DNA of 64,000 nt from an uncultured Solirubrobacteraceae bacterium (lineage in GTDB: Bacteria; Actinomycetota; Thermoleophilia; Solirubrobacterales; Solirubrobacteraceae): contig CAZPQW010000019.1 in the NCBI GenBank assembly GCA_964588985.1, positions 1 through 64,000 on the forward strand, given 5' to 3'. Position 1 is the stretch's first letter; the number at the start of each line of letters is the position of its first letter. Position numbers and translations under genes: made by a program. The notes under the pieces were generated by a model, which ran no database searches, was not told the DNA's origin, and saw nothing but the letters and a program-made list of their open reading frames with translations. Shown piece by piece: positions 1 through 12,042 of this stretch.

Positions 1-739
1 CCTCGGACTCCTCGTTGACCGCCACGCCCGAATCCCAGCCCCAGTAGATGAAGAATCCGAGCAGGACGGCGACGAGCAGATCGCTGAACTTCATGGCGGT
101 CGGATCGAACCAGGAGAAAGAAGGCTTGATCGAGCCGCTCGGCGGGTGACTTCCGTAGACCTTCGCGAAGGCAACGACCGAGAAGATGCCGAGGATCGCG
201 ACCTCGATGCCCAGCAGCGCTGTCTGGATGCGAGCCGAAAGCTCGATGCCGCGGTAACAGATCCACGTCATCAGCGCGATCCAGGCGACTGCGACGATGA
301 TCGTCTCGGCCTGGGTCGGGGTGGCATCGAAGAGCTTGAACGAGTAGACGGCGGCGATGTCGGACAGCGAGGCCATCACGATCACGTCGGCCAGGAAGAT
401 CGCCCAGCCGTTCATCCACCCGGTCATCGGTCCCAGGGCACGGGTCGTCCACGCGAACGTGGTCCCTGCATCGGGGTCGGCGCGGTTGAAGTATTTGTAG
501 GCCGAGGCTACGAGCAGCATCGGGATGAACGCCACGATCAACACGGCGGGCGCGTGAACGCCGACGCCCTTGACCGCCACCACGAAGCCCAGCGTTGCGG
601 CCAACGAATAGGCGGGTGCGGTCGACGCGACGCCGATGACGATGTTCGAGACGTATCCGATCGCGCCCTTCTTCAGCCCCTTGTCCATGACTCCCGAATG
701 CTTCGGTGTTCCTGGTGCGGAGAGACCTTCGGTGGCCAT
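1..739 (-). CDS. APC-family amino acid/polyamine permease (partial, runs off window start)
   Basis: Read manually: ATG at 739 with GAGGAG RBS; MATEGLSAPG...GLKKGAIGYVSNIVIGVASTAPAYSLAATLG followed by hydrophobic TM segments, typical APC TM1. Confidence 0.85.
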   Translation of the reverse strand, partial: MATEGLSAPGTPKHSGVMDKGLKKGAIGYVSNIVIGVASTAPAYSLAATLGFVVAVKGVGVHAPAVLIVAFIPMLLVASAYKYFNRADPDAGTTFAWTTRALGPMTGWMNGWAIFLADVIVMASLSDIAAVYSFKLFDATPTQAETIIVAVAWIALMTWICYRGIELSARIQTALLGIEVAILGIFSVVAFAKVYGSHPPSGSIKPSFSWFDPTAMKFSDLLVAVLLGFFIYWGWDSGVAVNEESE

Positions 740-852
740 GTGCGGCTCCTCTCGTGGGCTGCGGCGGATATGTGCTCGGCGGTAAAGCGAAAGTTACGGC
801 GAGCGGCGGCGGAGGCGCAAGTGGCGCGATCCCCAAAAACCACGGAGTCAAC

Positions 853-867
853 TGTACATCTTGTACA
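853..867. promoter_or_regulatory. Palindromic site TGTACA-N3-TGTACA in divergent promoter region (candidate PucR operator)
   Basis: Dyad seen directly between the permease and the aminotransferase; regulator assignment is inference. Confidence 0.5.
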
Positions 868-927
868 ATGACCGCCAGGCATGTTGAACGTGCGGTGCAT
901 TGAGCCGGTGAAGGGAGCGCAGTAGCG

Positions 928-2310
928 TTGTCCTCAGTGTCCAGTTCTCTCCAAGAGCAGGCGAAGCGGCACCTGTGGATGCATTTCACGAGGATGGGCT
1001 CCTACGCCGACGCCGACGTTCCGGTGATCGTGCGGGGCGACGGCTGCTACGTCTACGACGAGCACGGCAAGCGCTATCTGGACGGCCTCTCGGCTCTCTA
1101 CTGCGTGAACATCGGCCACGGACGCGCGGAGCTCGGCGAGGCCGGGGCGGAGCAGGGGAAGGAGCTCGGCTTCTACACCAACTGGAGCTACGCGCACCCG
1201 CCCTCGATCGAGCTGGCGACGCGGATCGCGCAGCTGGCGCCGGGGGACCTCAATCGCGTTTTCTTCACCTCCGGCGGCTCGGAGTCGGTGGAGTCGGCGT
1301 GGAAGCTCGCGAAGGCCTACTTCAAGGCCATGGACGAACCGCTCCGCCACAAGCTGATCTCCCGCAAGCTGGCCTACCACGGGACCTCGATGGGCGCGCT
1401 CACCGCGACCGGCCTGCCGCCGCTGCGCTCGCCGTTCGAGCCACTCACCCCTGGCGGGATCCACGTGGAGAACACCAACTCCTACCGCTGGAACGAGGAC
1501 CGCGACCCGCTGTGGGCCGCCGACTCGATCGAGGAGGCAATCGAATTCGCCGGGCCTGAGACGGTGGCGGCGGTGATCCTCGAGCCGGTGCAGAACGGCG
1601 GCGGGTGCTTCACCCCGCAGGATGGCTACTTCCAGCGCGTGCGCGAGATCTGCGACCGCCACGGCGTGCTCCTGATCTCCGACGAGGTGATCTGCTCTTG
1701 GGGCCGTCTGGGCCACTGGTTCGGATGTGAACGCTATGGCTACTCGCCCGACATGATCACCACCGCCAAGGGGATCACCTCGGCGTACGCGCCGATGGGC
1801 GCGGTGATCGCGAGCGACCGGTTGGCGGAGCCGTTCCTGCACGGCAAGGCGATCTTCAATCACGGCTTCACCTTCGGCGGGCACCCGATGGCGTGCGCGG
1901 TGGCGCTCGCGAACATCGACGTGATGGAGCGCGAGGATCTGTGCGGGCACGTGCTCGACAACGAGGCGCGCTTTCGCGAGATGCTCGAGAGCCTGCGCGA
2001 CCTGCCGATCGTGGGCGACGTGCGCGGCGCCGGCTACTTCCACGCGATCGAGCTGGTGAAGGACAAGGACACGAAGGAGACGTTCGACTCGCAGGAGTCG
2101 GAGGAGCTGCTGCGGGGCTTTCTCTCGGGCGAGCTGTTCCGGCGCGGGCTGATCTGCCGGACCGACGATCGCGGCGACCCGATCGTGCAGCTCTCACCAC
2201 CGCTGATAGCCGGAGACGAGCAGTTCCAGGAGATCGAGGCGATCCTTCGCCCGGTGCTCACCGAGGCGTCGGAGCGGGTGGAGAGTTGGAGCTCACTGTC
2301 GAGAGCCTGA
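928..2310 (+). CDS. Class III PLP aminotransferase (putrescine/omega-amine:pyruvate type)
   Basis: LWMHFT, YLDG, AYHG, SDEVICSWGR and TTAKGITS motifs; TTG start. Confidence 0.9.
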   Translation: MSSVSSSLQEQAKRHLWMHFTRMGSYADADVPVIVRGDGCYVYDEHGKRYLDGLSALYCVNIGHGRAELGEAGAEQGKELGFYTNWSYAHPPSIELATRIAQLAPGDLNRVFFTSGGSESVESAWKLAKAYFKAMDEPLRHKLISRKLAYHGTSMGALTATGLPPLRSPFEPLTPGGIHVENTNSYRWNEDRDPLWAADSIEEAIEFAGPETVAAVILEPVQNGGGCFTPQDGYFQRVREICDRHGVLLISDEVICSWGRLGHWFGCERYGYSPDMITTAKGITSAYAPMGAVIASDRLAEPFLHGKAIFNHGFTFGGHPMACAVALANIDVMEREDLCGHVLDNEARFREMLESLRDLPIVGDVRGAGYFHAIELVKDKDTKETFDSQESEELLRGFLSGELFRRGLICRTDDRGDPIVQLSPPLIAGDEQFQEIEAILRPVLTEASERVESWSSLSRA

Positions 2311-3434
2311 TCGGCGAGCTCGGACTGGAACTCGTCTCAGGCCAGGAGTCCGCCCACGCCCACGTGCGGTGGGTGCACAGCACCGAGCTGGTCGACCCCA
2401 CGCCGTGGCTGAAAGGCGGCGAGCTATTGCTTACGACCGGCATGCAGCTGGACGGCCCGAAGAGCCAGCGCGAACTGATCGACCGCCTCGCCGACCACGA
2501 CATCGCGGGGCTCGGCTTCGGCACCGGCTTCGCGCACAAGAAGCTGCCCGCGGCGCTCGTCACAGCGGCCCGCAAGCGCGCTTTCCCGCTGTTCGAGGTT
2601 CCCTACGAGCTGCCGTTCATCGCGATCACCGAGCGCGCGTTCGCGCAGCTGGTCGACGAACGCTACGAGATGCTCCAGCGCAGCATGGTCGGCGACGTGC
2701 TCGCGGAGGCGCTCACCGGCCACCTGTATCCCGAGGACCTGCAGGCGCGGCTGCGCCCGTTCGGGATTGGTGAGCGCGTGGCTGTGCTCGCGTTCAAGGC
2801 GCAGGACCCGAGCGCGGCGGCGCCGGCGGTGGAACGGATGCTCGAGCGCGACGGCATCCCCAACCTGGTGGCGATCCGCGCGGGGCTCCTGTGCGCGGTG
2901 GTCGGCGCCGAGGTGCCAGCCGGCTCGGCGCGCGCCCCGGTCGAACCGATCGAGCTTGCGCGCAAGATCCGTGACGAGCTGGCCGCCCGCTTCGGCGAGG
3001 TGCGCGCTGCGGCGAGCCGGGTCGCGGCGACGCACTCGCTGCGGATGAGCTTCCATGAGGCGCGCTGCGCCCTGGAGGCGGTGCGGCTGCGCAACGGCGA
3101 CGCGCCCGACGTCGCCTCCTACACCGACCTCGGCGCCTTCCAGCTGCTGCTCTCGCTGCAGGACGACGACGCGCTCAACTCCTACTGCCGCAGCGTGCTC
3201 GGGCCGATCGAACAGGGCGAGGGCGAGTACGGCGACGAGCTGGTGCGCTCGCTGGACGTGTTCATCGAGCACAACGGGCATTGGGAGAAGGCCGCCAACG
3301 CGCTCTACTGCCACCGCCACACGCTGCGCTACCGCATCCGCCGCATCGAGCAGTTGACCGGACGCGACTTCTCCAACGCTCGCGACCGCATCGAGTTCTG
3401 GTTGGCCCTACGAGGAAGAGAGTTGGCACGATGA
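2286..3434 (+). CDS. PucR-family transcriptional regulator
   Basis: VRWVHSTEL..PWLKGGELLLTTG N-domain; C-terminal HTH AANALYCHRHTLRYRI; TTG start at 2286 in the 1893 ORF frame. Confidence 0.9.
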   Translation: MELTVESLIGELGLELVSGQESAHAHVRWVHSTELVDPTPWLKGGELLLTTGMQLDGPKSQRELIDRLADHDIAGLGFGTGFAHKKLPAALVTAARKRAFPLFEVPYELPFIAITERAFAQLVDERYEMLQRSMVGDVLAEALTGHLYPEDLQARLRPFGIGERVAVLAFKAQDPSAAAPAVERMLERDGIPNLVAIRAGLLCAVVGAEVPAGSARAPVEPIELARKIRDELAARFGEVRAAASRVAATHSLRMSFHEARCALEAVRLRNGDAPDVASYTDLGAFQLLLSLQDDDALNSYCRSVLGPIEQGEGEYGDELVRSLDVFIEHNGHWEKAANALYCHRHTLRYRIRRIEQLTGRDFSNARDRIEFWLALRGRELAR

Positions 3435-4528
3435 AGATCGGAGTACCGAGCGAGATCAAGACCGACGAGTACCGCGTGGCGATCACGCCCGCGGGTGTGC
3501 GCGAGCTGGCGACGCGCGGACACGACGTGCTCGTGCAGGCCGGCGCCGGCGAGGGCAGCGCGATGAGCGACGAGCAGTTTGAGGCTCAGGGCGCGCGGAT
3601 CGTGCCCGACGCGCAGGCGGTGTTCGGCGAGGCGGAGCTGGTGCTGAAGGTCAAGGAGCCCCAGGCGGTCGAGGTCGAGCTGCTGCGCGAGGGCCAGACG
3701 CTGTTCACCTACCTGCACCTCGCCGCCGAGCCCGACCTCGCACACGGTCTAATGGGCTCGGGCGCGACGTGCATCGCGTATGAGACGGTGGTGGACGACG
3801 AGGGCAGGCTGCCGCTGCTGGCGCCGATGAGCGAGGTGGCGGGCAAGATCGCCACGCAGGCTGGCGCTTTCATGCTCGAGAAGCCCCTCGGCGGCCGCGG
3901 GATCCTGCTCGGCGGCGTGCCGGGCGTGGCGGCGGCGACGGTGCTCGTGATCGGTGGCGGCGTCGTGGGGATGAACGCCGCGTTCATCGCGATCGGCATG
4001 CAGGCGGACGTGTTCACGTTCGACCGCTCGATCGACCGTCTGCGCGACCTTGAAGTGGCGTTCGCTGGCCGCGCCTCGACGGTGTACTCATCGACGCTCG
4101 CGATCGAGGAGATGCTGCCCCAGGCGGACCTGGTGATCGGCGCGGTGCTGCTGCCCGGCGGGCGCGCCCCGCGCGTGATCACGCGCGAGCAGCTGAAGCT
4201 GATGAAGCCGCACGCGGTGCTCGTTGACGTGTCGATCGACCAGGGCGGGTGCTTCGAGACCTCGCGCCCGACGACACACTCCGAACCCACGTACGAGGTC
4301 GACGGCATCACCCACTACTGCGTCACGAACATGCCCGGCGCGGTGCCGATCACATCCACCTACGCGCTCACGAACGCGACGCTGCCGTATGTGATCGAGC
4401 TGGCCGAGCGCGGCGTGGAGCAGGCGCTCGAGCAGAACAGCGGCCTGCGCGGCGGGCTGAACGTGCAGGGCGGGCAGATCACCCACCCGGCGGTCGCCGA
4501 GGCGCTCGGCGTCGCGGTAGCGGCGTAA
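3431..4528 (+). CDS. ald: Alanine dehydrogenase
   Basis: [45 protein letters not shown]. Confidence 0.95.
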   Translation: MKIGVPSEIKTDEYRVAITPAGVRELATRGHDVLVQAGAGEGSAMSDEQFEAQGARIVPDAQAVFGEAELVLKVKEPQAVEVELLREGQTLFTYLHLAAEPDLAHGLMGSGATCIAYETVVDDEGRLPLLAPMSEVAGKIATQAGAFMLEKPLGGRGILLGGVPGVAAATVLVIGGGVVGMNAAFIAIGMQADVFTFDRSIDRLRDLEVAFAGRASTVYSSTLAIEEMLPQADLVIGAVLLPGGRAPRVITREQLKLMKPHAVLVDVSIDQGGCFETSRPTTHSEPTYEVDGITHYCVTNMPGAVPITSTYALTNATLPYVIELAERGVEQALEQNSGLRGGLNVQGGQITHPAVAEALGVAVAA

Positions 4529-4560
4529 TCGCAAACACACGACCCGGAGGAGAGATCACG

Positions 4561-5994
4561 ATGGCGAGCACCGAGACTCTGAGCAACTTCATCGACGGCG
4601 AGCGCGTGGCCGCTCAGGGCGAGACGGAAGCGGTGCTCAACCCCGCCACCGGGGAGGAGATGGCGCGGGCGCCGATCTCGAGCGTCGAGGACGTCGACCG
4701 TGCTGTGAAGGCCGCACGCAGGGCGTTCGACGGCTGGTCCACCACCACGCCCGCGGTGCGCGCGCAGGCGCTGCTCGCGCTGGCGAGCCTGATCGAAGAG
4801 CACGGCGGGGAGATCGCGCGCCTCGAGGCGCTCAACGCGGGCAAGCCGATCGACGCGGTCACGAACGACGAGATCCCCGTGATGGCCGACAACCTGCGCT
4901 TCTTCGCGGGCGCCGCGCGCTGTCTGGAGGGCAGGGCGGCGGGCGAGTACATGGACGGCTACACGTCGTTCACCCGCCGCGAAGCGGTCGGCGTAATCGG
5001 ACAGGTGACCCCGTGGAACTACCCGCTGATGATGGCGATTTGGAAATTCGGCCCGGCGATCGCGGCGGGCAACACGGTCGTGTTGAAGCCCGCGGAGACG
5101 ACGCCGGTCACGACCGTGAAGCTCGCCGAACTGGCCGCGGAGATCCTGCCCAAGGGAGTGCTGAACATCGTCTGCGGCCCCGGCCGTCCGACGGGTGAGG
5201 CGCTGATCACGCACCCCGACGTGGACATGATCGCGCTGACCGGCTCGGTCGACACCGGCAAGCACTTCGCGCGCAGCGCCGCCGACACGCTCAAGCGCGT
5301 GCACCTGGAGCTCGGCGGCAAGGCGCCGGTGGTGGTGTTCGACGACGTGAGCCTCGAGAGCGCGATGGAGACGATCGCCGGAACCGGCTACTACAACGCC
5401 GGCCAGGACTGCACCGCCGCGACGCGCGTGCTCGCCTCGGCGGACGTGTACGACGACGTCGTCTCCGGCCTGGCGGCGCAGGCGCAGGGTCTCGTGATCG
5501 GCGACACGCTTTCGTCCGAGACGACGCTCGGCCCGGTCAACTCGGCCAAACAGCGCGAGCGCGTGACCGGCTTTCTCGAGCGGCGCCCCGGACACGCCGA
5601 GATCGTCACCGGCGGCGGCGCCGCCGACCGTCCCGGCTTCTTCGTCGAGCCGACCGTCGTCGCCGGCCTGCGCCAGGACGATGAGATGATCCAGAACGAG
5701 ATCTTCGGCCCGGTCATCACCGTCCAGCGCTTCTCCGACGAGGCCGAGGCGATCGCGTGGGCGAACGCCACCCGCTACGGCCTGGCCTCCTCGGTGTGGA
5801 CCCGCGACGTGGGCCGCGCGCTGCGCGTATCGCGTGCTCTGCGCTTCGGCTGCGTGTGGATCAACGACCACATCCCGCTCGTCTCCGAGATGCCCCACGG
5901 CGGCTTCAAGGAGTCCGGCTACGGCAAGGACCTCAGCATGTACGGGGTCGAGGACTACACCGTCGTCAAGCACGTGATGGCTTCGCTGGAGTAG
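4561..5994 (+). CDS. Gamma-aminobutyraldehyde dehydrogenase (PatD/YdcW-like ALDH)
   Basis: [49 protein letters not shown]; GGAGGAG RBS. Confidence 0.9.
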   Translation: MASTETLSNFIDGERVAAQGETEAVLNPATGEEMARAPISSVEDVDRAVKAARRAFDGWSTTTPAVRAQALLALASLIEEHGGEIARLEALNAGKPIDAVTNDEIPVMADNLRFFAGAARCLEGRAAGEYMDGYTSFTRREAVGVIGQVTPWNYPLMMAIWKFGPAIAAGNTVVLKPAETTPVTTVKLAELAAEILPKGVLNIVCGPGRPTGEALITHPDVDMIALTGSVDTGKHFARSAADTLKRVHLELGGKAPVVVFDDVSLESAMETIAGTGYYNAGQDCTAATRVLASADVYDDVVSGLAAQAQGLVIGDTLSSETTLGPVNSAKQRERVTGFLERRPGHAEIVTGGGAADRPGFFVEPTVVAGLRQDDEMIQNEIFGPVITVQRFSDEAEAIAWANATRYGLASSVWTRDVGRALRVSRALRFGCVWINDHIPLVSEMPHGGFKESGYGKDLSMYGVEDYTVVKHVMASLE

Positions 5995-6172
5995 GCGGGT
6001 TCGCAGGCCCGCTTGCGGGAGGCGAGACAGAAGGCTGCTACGGTCAACCTACGGACGACGACGTCGTTCGCGAGGTTCTTTGTCTTTGTTGGCGCTCAGG
6101 GCGCGGATGGGGTCAGTCGAATCTCCATCTGCAGCGGTGGCCATCGACGGCCGCCAGAAGGAGCACCACAAC

Positions 6173-7453
<1,281 letters not shown>

Positions 7454-7502
7454 GTCCAGTGACTCTTCGTTCTGTACGGTGCGTCAGCTAACGTCGCAGG
7501 TG

Positions 7503-8357
7503 ATGAGCACGCCGAACTTGCCCGGTCAGGACGCCGAGCCCGGCGCCAATGGCGACTCAGCTGAGGCCGTGTCTGAGGCTGACCTCCTCACGCACTACGA
7601 CATCCTGCGCCTGCGTGCCCCCAACCCGGGGCTGCTCACCCTTTCGGGGACCAACACCTGGGTCGTCGGGCGCAAGCCGGCATGGGTGGTCGACCCGGGG
7701 CCGTTGCTGGACGCGCACCTCGAGCGGCTGTGCGCGGCGATCGACGGCCGCGGGGGTCTCGGCGGGATCGTGCTGACGCACGATCACCACGACCACTCCG
7801 AGGCTGTGAGGCCGCTGCTGGAACGCTACCCCGCGCCGCTCGCGGCGGGTCGCGGCTCGGTCGACGTGCAGCTCGGCGAGGGCGTGCGGATCGGTCCGTT
7901 CGAGGCCGTCGCCACACCGGGGCACTCGGCCGATCACTTCGCGCTGGTGGCCGAGGGCGCGTGCTTCACCGGCGATGCGGTGCTCGGCGACGGGAGCGTG
8001 TTCATCAGCCCGTACCGCGGCTCGATGTCGGGCTACCTGCTGGCGCTCACGCGCCTGCGGCTGCGCGAGGACTTCAACGTCCTGTGTCCAGGACACGGTC
8101 CGCCGGTGTGGGACGCGCACACGAAGCTCGAGGAATACATCGCCCATCGAATCGACCGCGAAAACCACCTGATCGTGGCGCTCGGCGAAGGCAAGCGAAC
8201 GGTCAAGGAGCTGCTCGACACGGTGTGGCACGACGTGGCCGAGCCGCTGCGCGACATGGCCACGGCGACGCTCGCCGCTCACCTGGACAAGCTCGAGGAC
8301 GAGCAGATCCTGCCGACGGGCGTTGAGCGCCCAAGGTTCGAGCGGACCGAGTGGTGA
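7503..8357 (+). CDS. MBL-fold metallo-hydrolase
   Basis: NPG..TLSGTNTW, THDHHDH, TPGHS.DH, PGHG. Confidence 0.9.
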   Translation: MSTPNLPGQDAEPGANGDSAEAVSEADLLTHYDILRLRAPNPGLLTLSGTNTWVVGRKPAWVVDPGPLLDAHLERLCAAIDGRGGLGGIVLTHDHHDHSEAVRPLLERYPAPLAAGRGSVDVQLGEGVRIGPFEAVATPGHSADHFALVAEGACFTGDAVLGDGSVFISPYRGSMSGYLLALTRLRLREDFNVLCPGHGPPVWDAHTKLEEYIAHRIDRENHLIVALGEGKRTVKELLDTVWHDVAEPLRDMATATLAAHLDKLEDEQILPTGVERPRFERTEW

Positions 8358-10288
8358 AAGTGCCGCAGGCGCCGTCCCTCACAGCGATGTGGGGCGATGG
8401 CTCGGTGGCGGCGCCGGCCGGATCGCGCGCCACCTCGCTGGCCTCACCGTTTCCTCCGATCGCCGACTACGGCTTCCTGTCGGACTGCCACACCGGGGCG
8501 CTCGTCGCCTCGGACGGCTCGATCGAGTGGATGTGCCTGCCGCATTTCGACTCCCCGTCGGTGTTCGGCGCGATGCTCGACCGCGGCGCGGGCAGCTGGC
8601 GCGTGGGGCCGTATGGCATCTACGTCCCGGCCGGCCGGCGTTACATCCCCGGCACGAACCTGATCGAGACGACGTGGATGACGCCGCAGGGCTGGATCCG
8701 GGTGGTCGACGGGCTGACGATCGGGCCGTGGCACGACAACAAGCACGGCTCCAGCCACACGCGCCCGCCGACCGACTACGACGCGGACCACCTGCTGGTG
8801 CGGATGATCGAGTGCATCCAGGGACAGGTGCAGGTGGAGATCGTGTGCGAGCCGATGCTCGACTTCGGCGCGACGCCCGCCGCGTGGAGCGTGGTGCAGA
8901 CCGGCGAGGAGGGCGTGTGCATGATGGACGCCACCAACGACGTGACCGCCTTCCGGCTGTTCAGCGACGTGCGCATGGGGATCGAGGGCAACCGCGCGCA
9001 CGGCCGGCACACGATGAAAGAAGGCGAGAAGCGCTTCTGTGCGATCTCCTGGACGGAGGAGCACGGCGGGCCGCACACGGTCGAACAGGCCGAAGGCCAC
9101 ATCGAGCGCACGAGTCACTTCTGGCGCACGTGGCTGGCCGAAGGCGAATACCCGGACCACCCGTGGCGCTTTCACCTGCAGCGCTCCGCGCTGGTGCTCA
9201 AGGGCCTCACGTTCATGCCCACGGGCGCGCTCGTGGCCGCGCCGACGACATCGCTGCCGGAGACGCCGCGCGGCGAACGCAACTGGGACTACCGCTACTG
9301 CTGGATGCGCGACGCGTCCTTCACGCTGTGGGCGCTGCACGCCCTCGGCCTGAACTGGGAGGCGGACGACTTCATCCAGTACGTGGCCGACATGGAGCGC
9401 AACGAGGATGGCTCGCTGCAGATCATGTACGGGATCAAGGGCCAGAAAGACCTCACCGAGTCGACACTCGACCACCTCAAGGGCTACGAGGGCGCGCGCC
9501 CTGTGCGGATTGGCAACGGTGCGTTCAACCAGCGCCAGAACGACGTGTTCGGCATGGTCCTGGACTCTGTTTACCTGCACTCGAAGAAGCGCGACCACAT
9601 CCCCGAGCGCCTGTGGCCGGTGCTGATCGACCAGGTGCATGCCGCGGCGAGGGTGTGGAAGGAACCCGACCAGGGGATCTGGGAGGCGCGCGGCGAGCCC
9701 CGCCACTACGTCTCCTCGAAGCTGATGTGCTGGGTGGCGTTGGACCGCGGCGCGCGTCTGGCCGAACGGCGTGGAGAGGCCGAGCAGGCCGAGGAATGCC
9801 AGGCTATCGCGGACGAGATCCGCGAGGACATCCTCACTCGCGGCGTCGACAAGCGCGGCGTGTTCCGCCAGCACTACGACACCGACGAGCTCGACGCGTC
9901 CAGCCTGCTCGTGCCGCTGATGCGCTTCCTGCCGCCGGAGGACGAGCGCGTGCGTGCGACCGTGATGGCGATCCGCGAGGAGCTTACGGAGGGCGGCCTC
10001 GTGCTTCGCTACCGCACCGACGCCACCGACGACGGTCTCCACGGCGAGGAGGGCACGTTCCTTATCTGCTCCTTCTGGCTCGTCTCCGCGCTATCGGAGA
10101 TCGGCGAGCACCGCGAGGCCGAGCACCTGTGCGAGCGGCTCTTGTCCTACTCCTCGCCGCTCGAGCTGTATGCCGAGGAGCTGGAGGCTTCTTCGGGTCG
10201 CCACCTCGGCAACTACCCGCAGGCGTTCACGCATTTGGCGCTGATCAATGCGGTGACGCATGTGATCGCGGCTCAGCAGCAAGTCTGA
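8351..10288 (+). CDS. Glycoside hydrolase family 15 (trehalase/glucoamylase-like)
   Basis: IADYGFLSDC, AAPTTSLPE, RNWDYRYCW.RD, GIWE.R, GNYPQAFTH. Confidence 0.92.
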   Translation: MVKVPQAPSLTAMWGDGSVAAPAGSRATSLASPFPPIADYGFLSDCHTGALVASDGSIEWMCLPHFDSPSVFGAMLDRGAGSWRVGPYGIYVPAGRRYIPGTNLIETTWMTPQGWIRVVDGLTIGPWHDNKHGSSHTRPPTDYDADHLLVRMIECIQGQVQVEIVCEPMLDFGATPAAWSVVQTGEEGVCMMDATNDVTAFRLFSDVRMGIEGNRAHGRHTMKEGEKRFCAISWTEEHGGPHTVEQAEGHIERTSHFWRTWLAEGEYPDHPWRFHLQRSALVLKGLTFMPTGALVAAPTTSLPETPRGERNWDYRYCWMRDASFTLWALHALGLNWEADDFIQYVADMERNEDGSLQIMYGIKGQKDLTESTLDHLKGYEGARPVRIGNGAFNQRQNDVFGMVLDSVYLHSKKRDHIPERLWPVLIDQVHAAARVWKEPDQGIWEARGEPRHYVSSKLMCWVALDRGARLAERRGEAEQAEECQAIADEIREDILTRGVDKRGVFRQHYDTDELDASSLLVPLMRFLPPEDERVRATVMAIREELTEGGLVLRYRTDATDDGLHGEEGTFLICSFWLVSALSEIGEHREAEHLCERLLSYSSPLELYAEELEASSGRHLGNYPQAFTHLALINAVTHVIAAQQQV

Positions 10289-10326
10289 GATCCGCTGCTA
10301 CTGCCCCTCAACCAGGAGGAGGTCCG

Positions 10327-10812
10327 ATGACAGATCGACTGCTTGAGCTCGATCGCCTGCTCAGCGACATGAGCGACGACGAGGTCGCTAGGGCCTGGGC
10401 GCGTTGCATGCGGATGCTGCGCTCGCGCGACCTAGTGCGGACCGCGAACACACCCGTTGGCGATTACGCCGAGCGGATCTGCTGTGAGCGTTTCGGGCTT
10501 CAGAGGAAGGGGTTCTCCGCGAAGTCCGTCGACGCGATCGATGCAGATGGGGTTCGGTACCAGATCAAGGGAAGAAGGCTCACACCAGAGAACCCCAGCC
10601 GACAGCTCGGCGCGATCCGCGACATAGATCAGCATCCGTTCGACGTGCTGTACGCAGTTTTCTTCAATGAAGATCTCGAACTCCAGGAGATATGGCAGAT
10701 TCCCTATGAGGTCGTCAAGGAGGCCTCATTCGTAGCACGGACCAATTCGACTCGATTCGTCCTGACCAAGAAGATGATGACCGGGGATTCGCGCATTATC
10801 CGGCGCGTTTGA
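10327..10812 (+). CDS. Small PD-(D/E/Q)xK nuclease-like protein (DUF6998-like)
   Basis: AGGAGG RBS; GDYAE...VDAID.DG.RYQIKGRR motif; lower GC than flanks. Confidence 0.65.
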   Translation: MTDRLLELDRLLSDMSDDEVARAWARCMRMLRSRDLVRTANTPVGDYAERICCERFGLQRKGFSAKSVDAIDADGVRYQIKGRRLTPENPSRQLGAIRDIDQHPFDVLYAVFFNEDLELQEIWQIPYEVVKEASFVARTNSTRFVLTKKMMTGDSRIIRRV

Positions 10813-10959
10813 GTCCGACCTCAGCTCAACGCAGCAAGCCGCCCAAAGCTGGAGACACCCCCTCCGGTGAGCGCAACTTAGGACGCCTGCGGTTGTCCTA
10901 GCTGAAGTCACGAACATTGGCCTCAGCGGTTGTTCTGGGGCGGGGGAGGAGTTGAGCAG

Positions 10960-11967
10960 ATGCGTTCCGAGCTACTCATGCTGCTGCGGTGTCCGTCTTG
11001 CGGTTCGACGAGCGGCATGGACCTCGACCCGCTCGTCGATGACGAGCGGGAGACTCGCACTGGCTTGCTGCGCTGCCGGTGCTGCCGACTCGAGCGCCCC
11101 GTGCGTGATGGGGTGGCCGATCTGATGCTGGACCCGACTCCCGAGGTGAGCGCGGAGGCCGACGGGCTGGAGCGATTTGCCCTGGAGATGCGAGCGAACG
11201 GCTGGGATCGTGCGAGAGTCTTGGGGCTCCCATACGAGCAGAATGGTTACTGGTTCGCGCAGGCTCGGGCAATGGAGCGCCTGCTCGAAACCGTCCCGTT
11301 CGCCGCTGGGCAGAGCATTCTCGACGTGGGCTCCAACACGTGCTGGGCCGCCGCCACGTTCGCACGCATCGGCCTGCGAGCTGTGGCATTGGACATCTCG
11401 ATGGCTGAGATGCAGGGACTGCGCACAGCCGACTGGTGGTTCGAGGACCGGAAGACCTACTTCGAGCGGGTGCTCGCGCAGATGTCCTCTCTGCCCTTCG
11501 CTGACAACAGCTTCGACTGGGTCTTCTGCTGTGAGGTGCTGCATCACAACGACGGTCGGCGGATGACCGATGCCCTACGCGAGATCCACCGTGTGCTGCG
11601 TCCCGGTGGCAGTCTGCTCGTGATCAACGAGCCGTTGCGCTGGCCCACCGATCTAAAGCGCGATCACGGTGTCGAGGTGGCGCAGTTCGACGGCAACGAG
11701 CACGTTTACTTCTTTGTGGAGTACGTGTGGAAAGCATGGCGGGCTGGCTTTCGCCGTATTCGCATGACCGAGCCGGCATACGACATCTTCTTCTCGCACG
11801 ACCCGATTCACCTCACGCGCGAGGCGAGCACGCTGGGCTCGTTCAAGCTCGCGGCAATCAATGTGGCTCGCCGACAGGCGCTCGTGCGTCGTCTGGGCAT
11901 GTGGTGGCGCTACCTGATGGGGCCACAGGTATCGCTGCAGATGGTCTGTACCAAGGAGACGATTTGA
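10960..11967 (+). CDS. Class I SAM-dependent methyltransferase with N-terminal CxxC/CxxC (Trm112-like) domain
   Basis: LRCPSCG...LRCRCC; ILDVGS, LPFADNSFD, VLHH, RVLRPGG. Confidence 0.85.
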   Translation: MRSELLMLLRCPSCGSTSGMDLDPLVDDERETRTGLLRCRCCRLERPVRDGVADLMLDPTPEVSAEADGLERFALEMRANGWDRARVLGLPYEQNGYWFAQARAMERLLETVPFAAGQSILDVGSNTCWAAATFARIGLRAVALDISMAEMQGLRTADWWFEDRKTYFERVLAQMSSLPFADNSFDWVFCCEVLHHNDGRRMTDALREIHRVLRPGGSLLVINEPLRWPTDLKRDHGVEVAQFDGNEHVYFFVEYVWKAWRAGFRRIRMTEPAYDIFFSHDPIHLTREASTLGSFKLAAINVARRQALVRRLGMWWRYLMGPQVSLQMVCTKETI

Positions 11968-12042
11968 GTGGAACGTCGAGGTAACGCAGCGCGATGAGTC
12001 GTTCTACCAGTTCGTCACGCCACGCGTAGACTTGCTGACGAG

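Noticed and set aside
1893-2285. N-terminal extension of the PucR ORF
   Set aside because: It overlaps the aminotransferase and is R/A/G-rich; the PucR domain begins at TTG 2286.
8323-10812. 829-aa ORF overlapping GH15
   Set aside because: Shadow frame of a high-GC gene; only the last 161 aa have an RBS and protein-like sequence.
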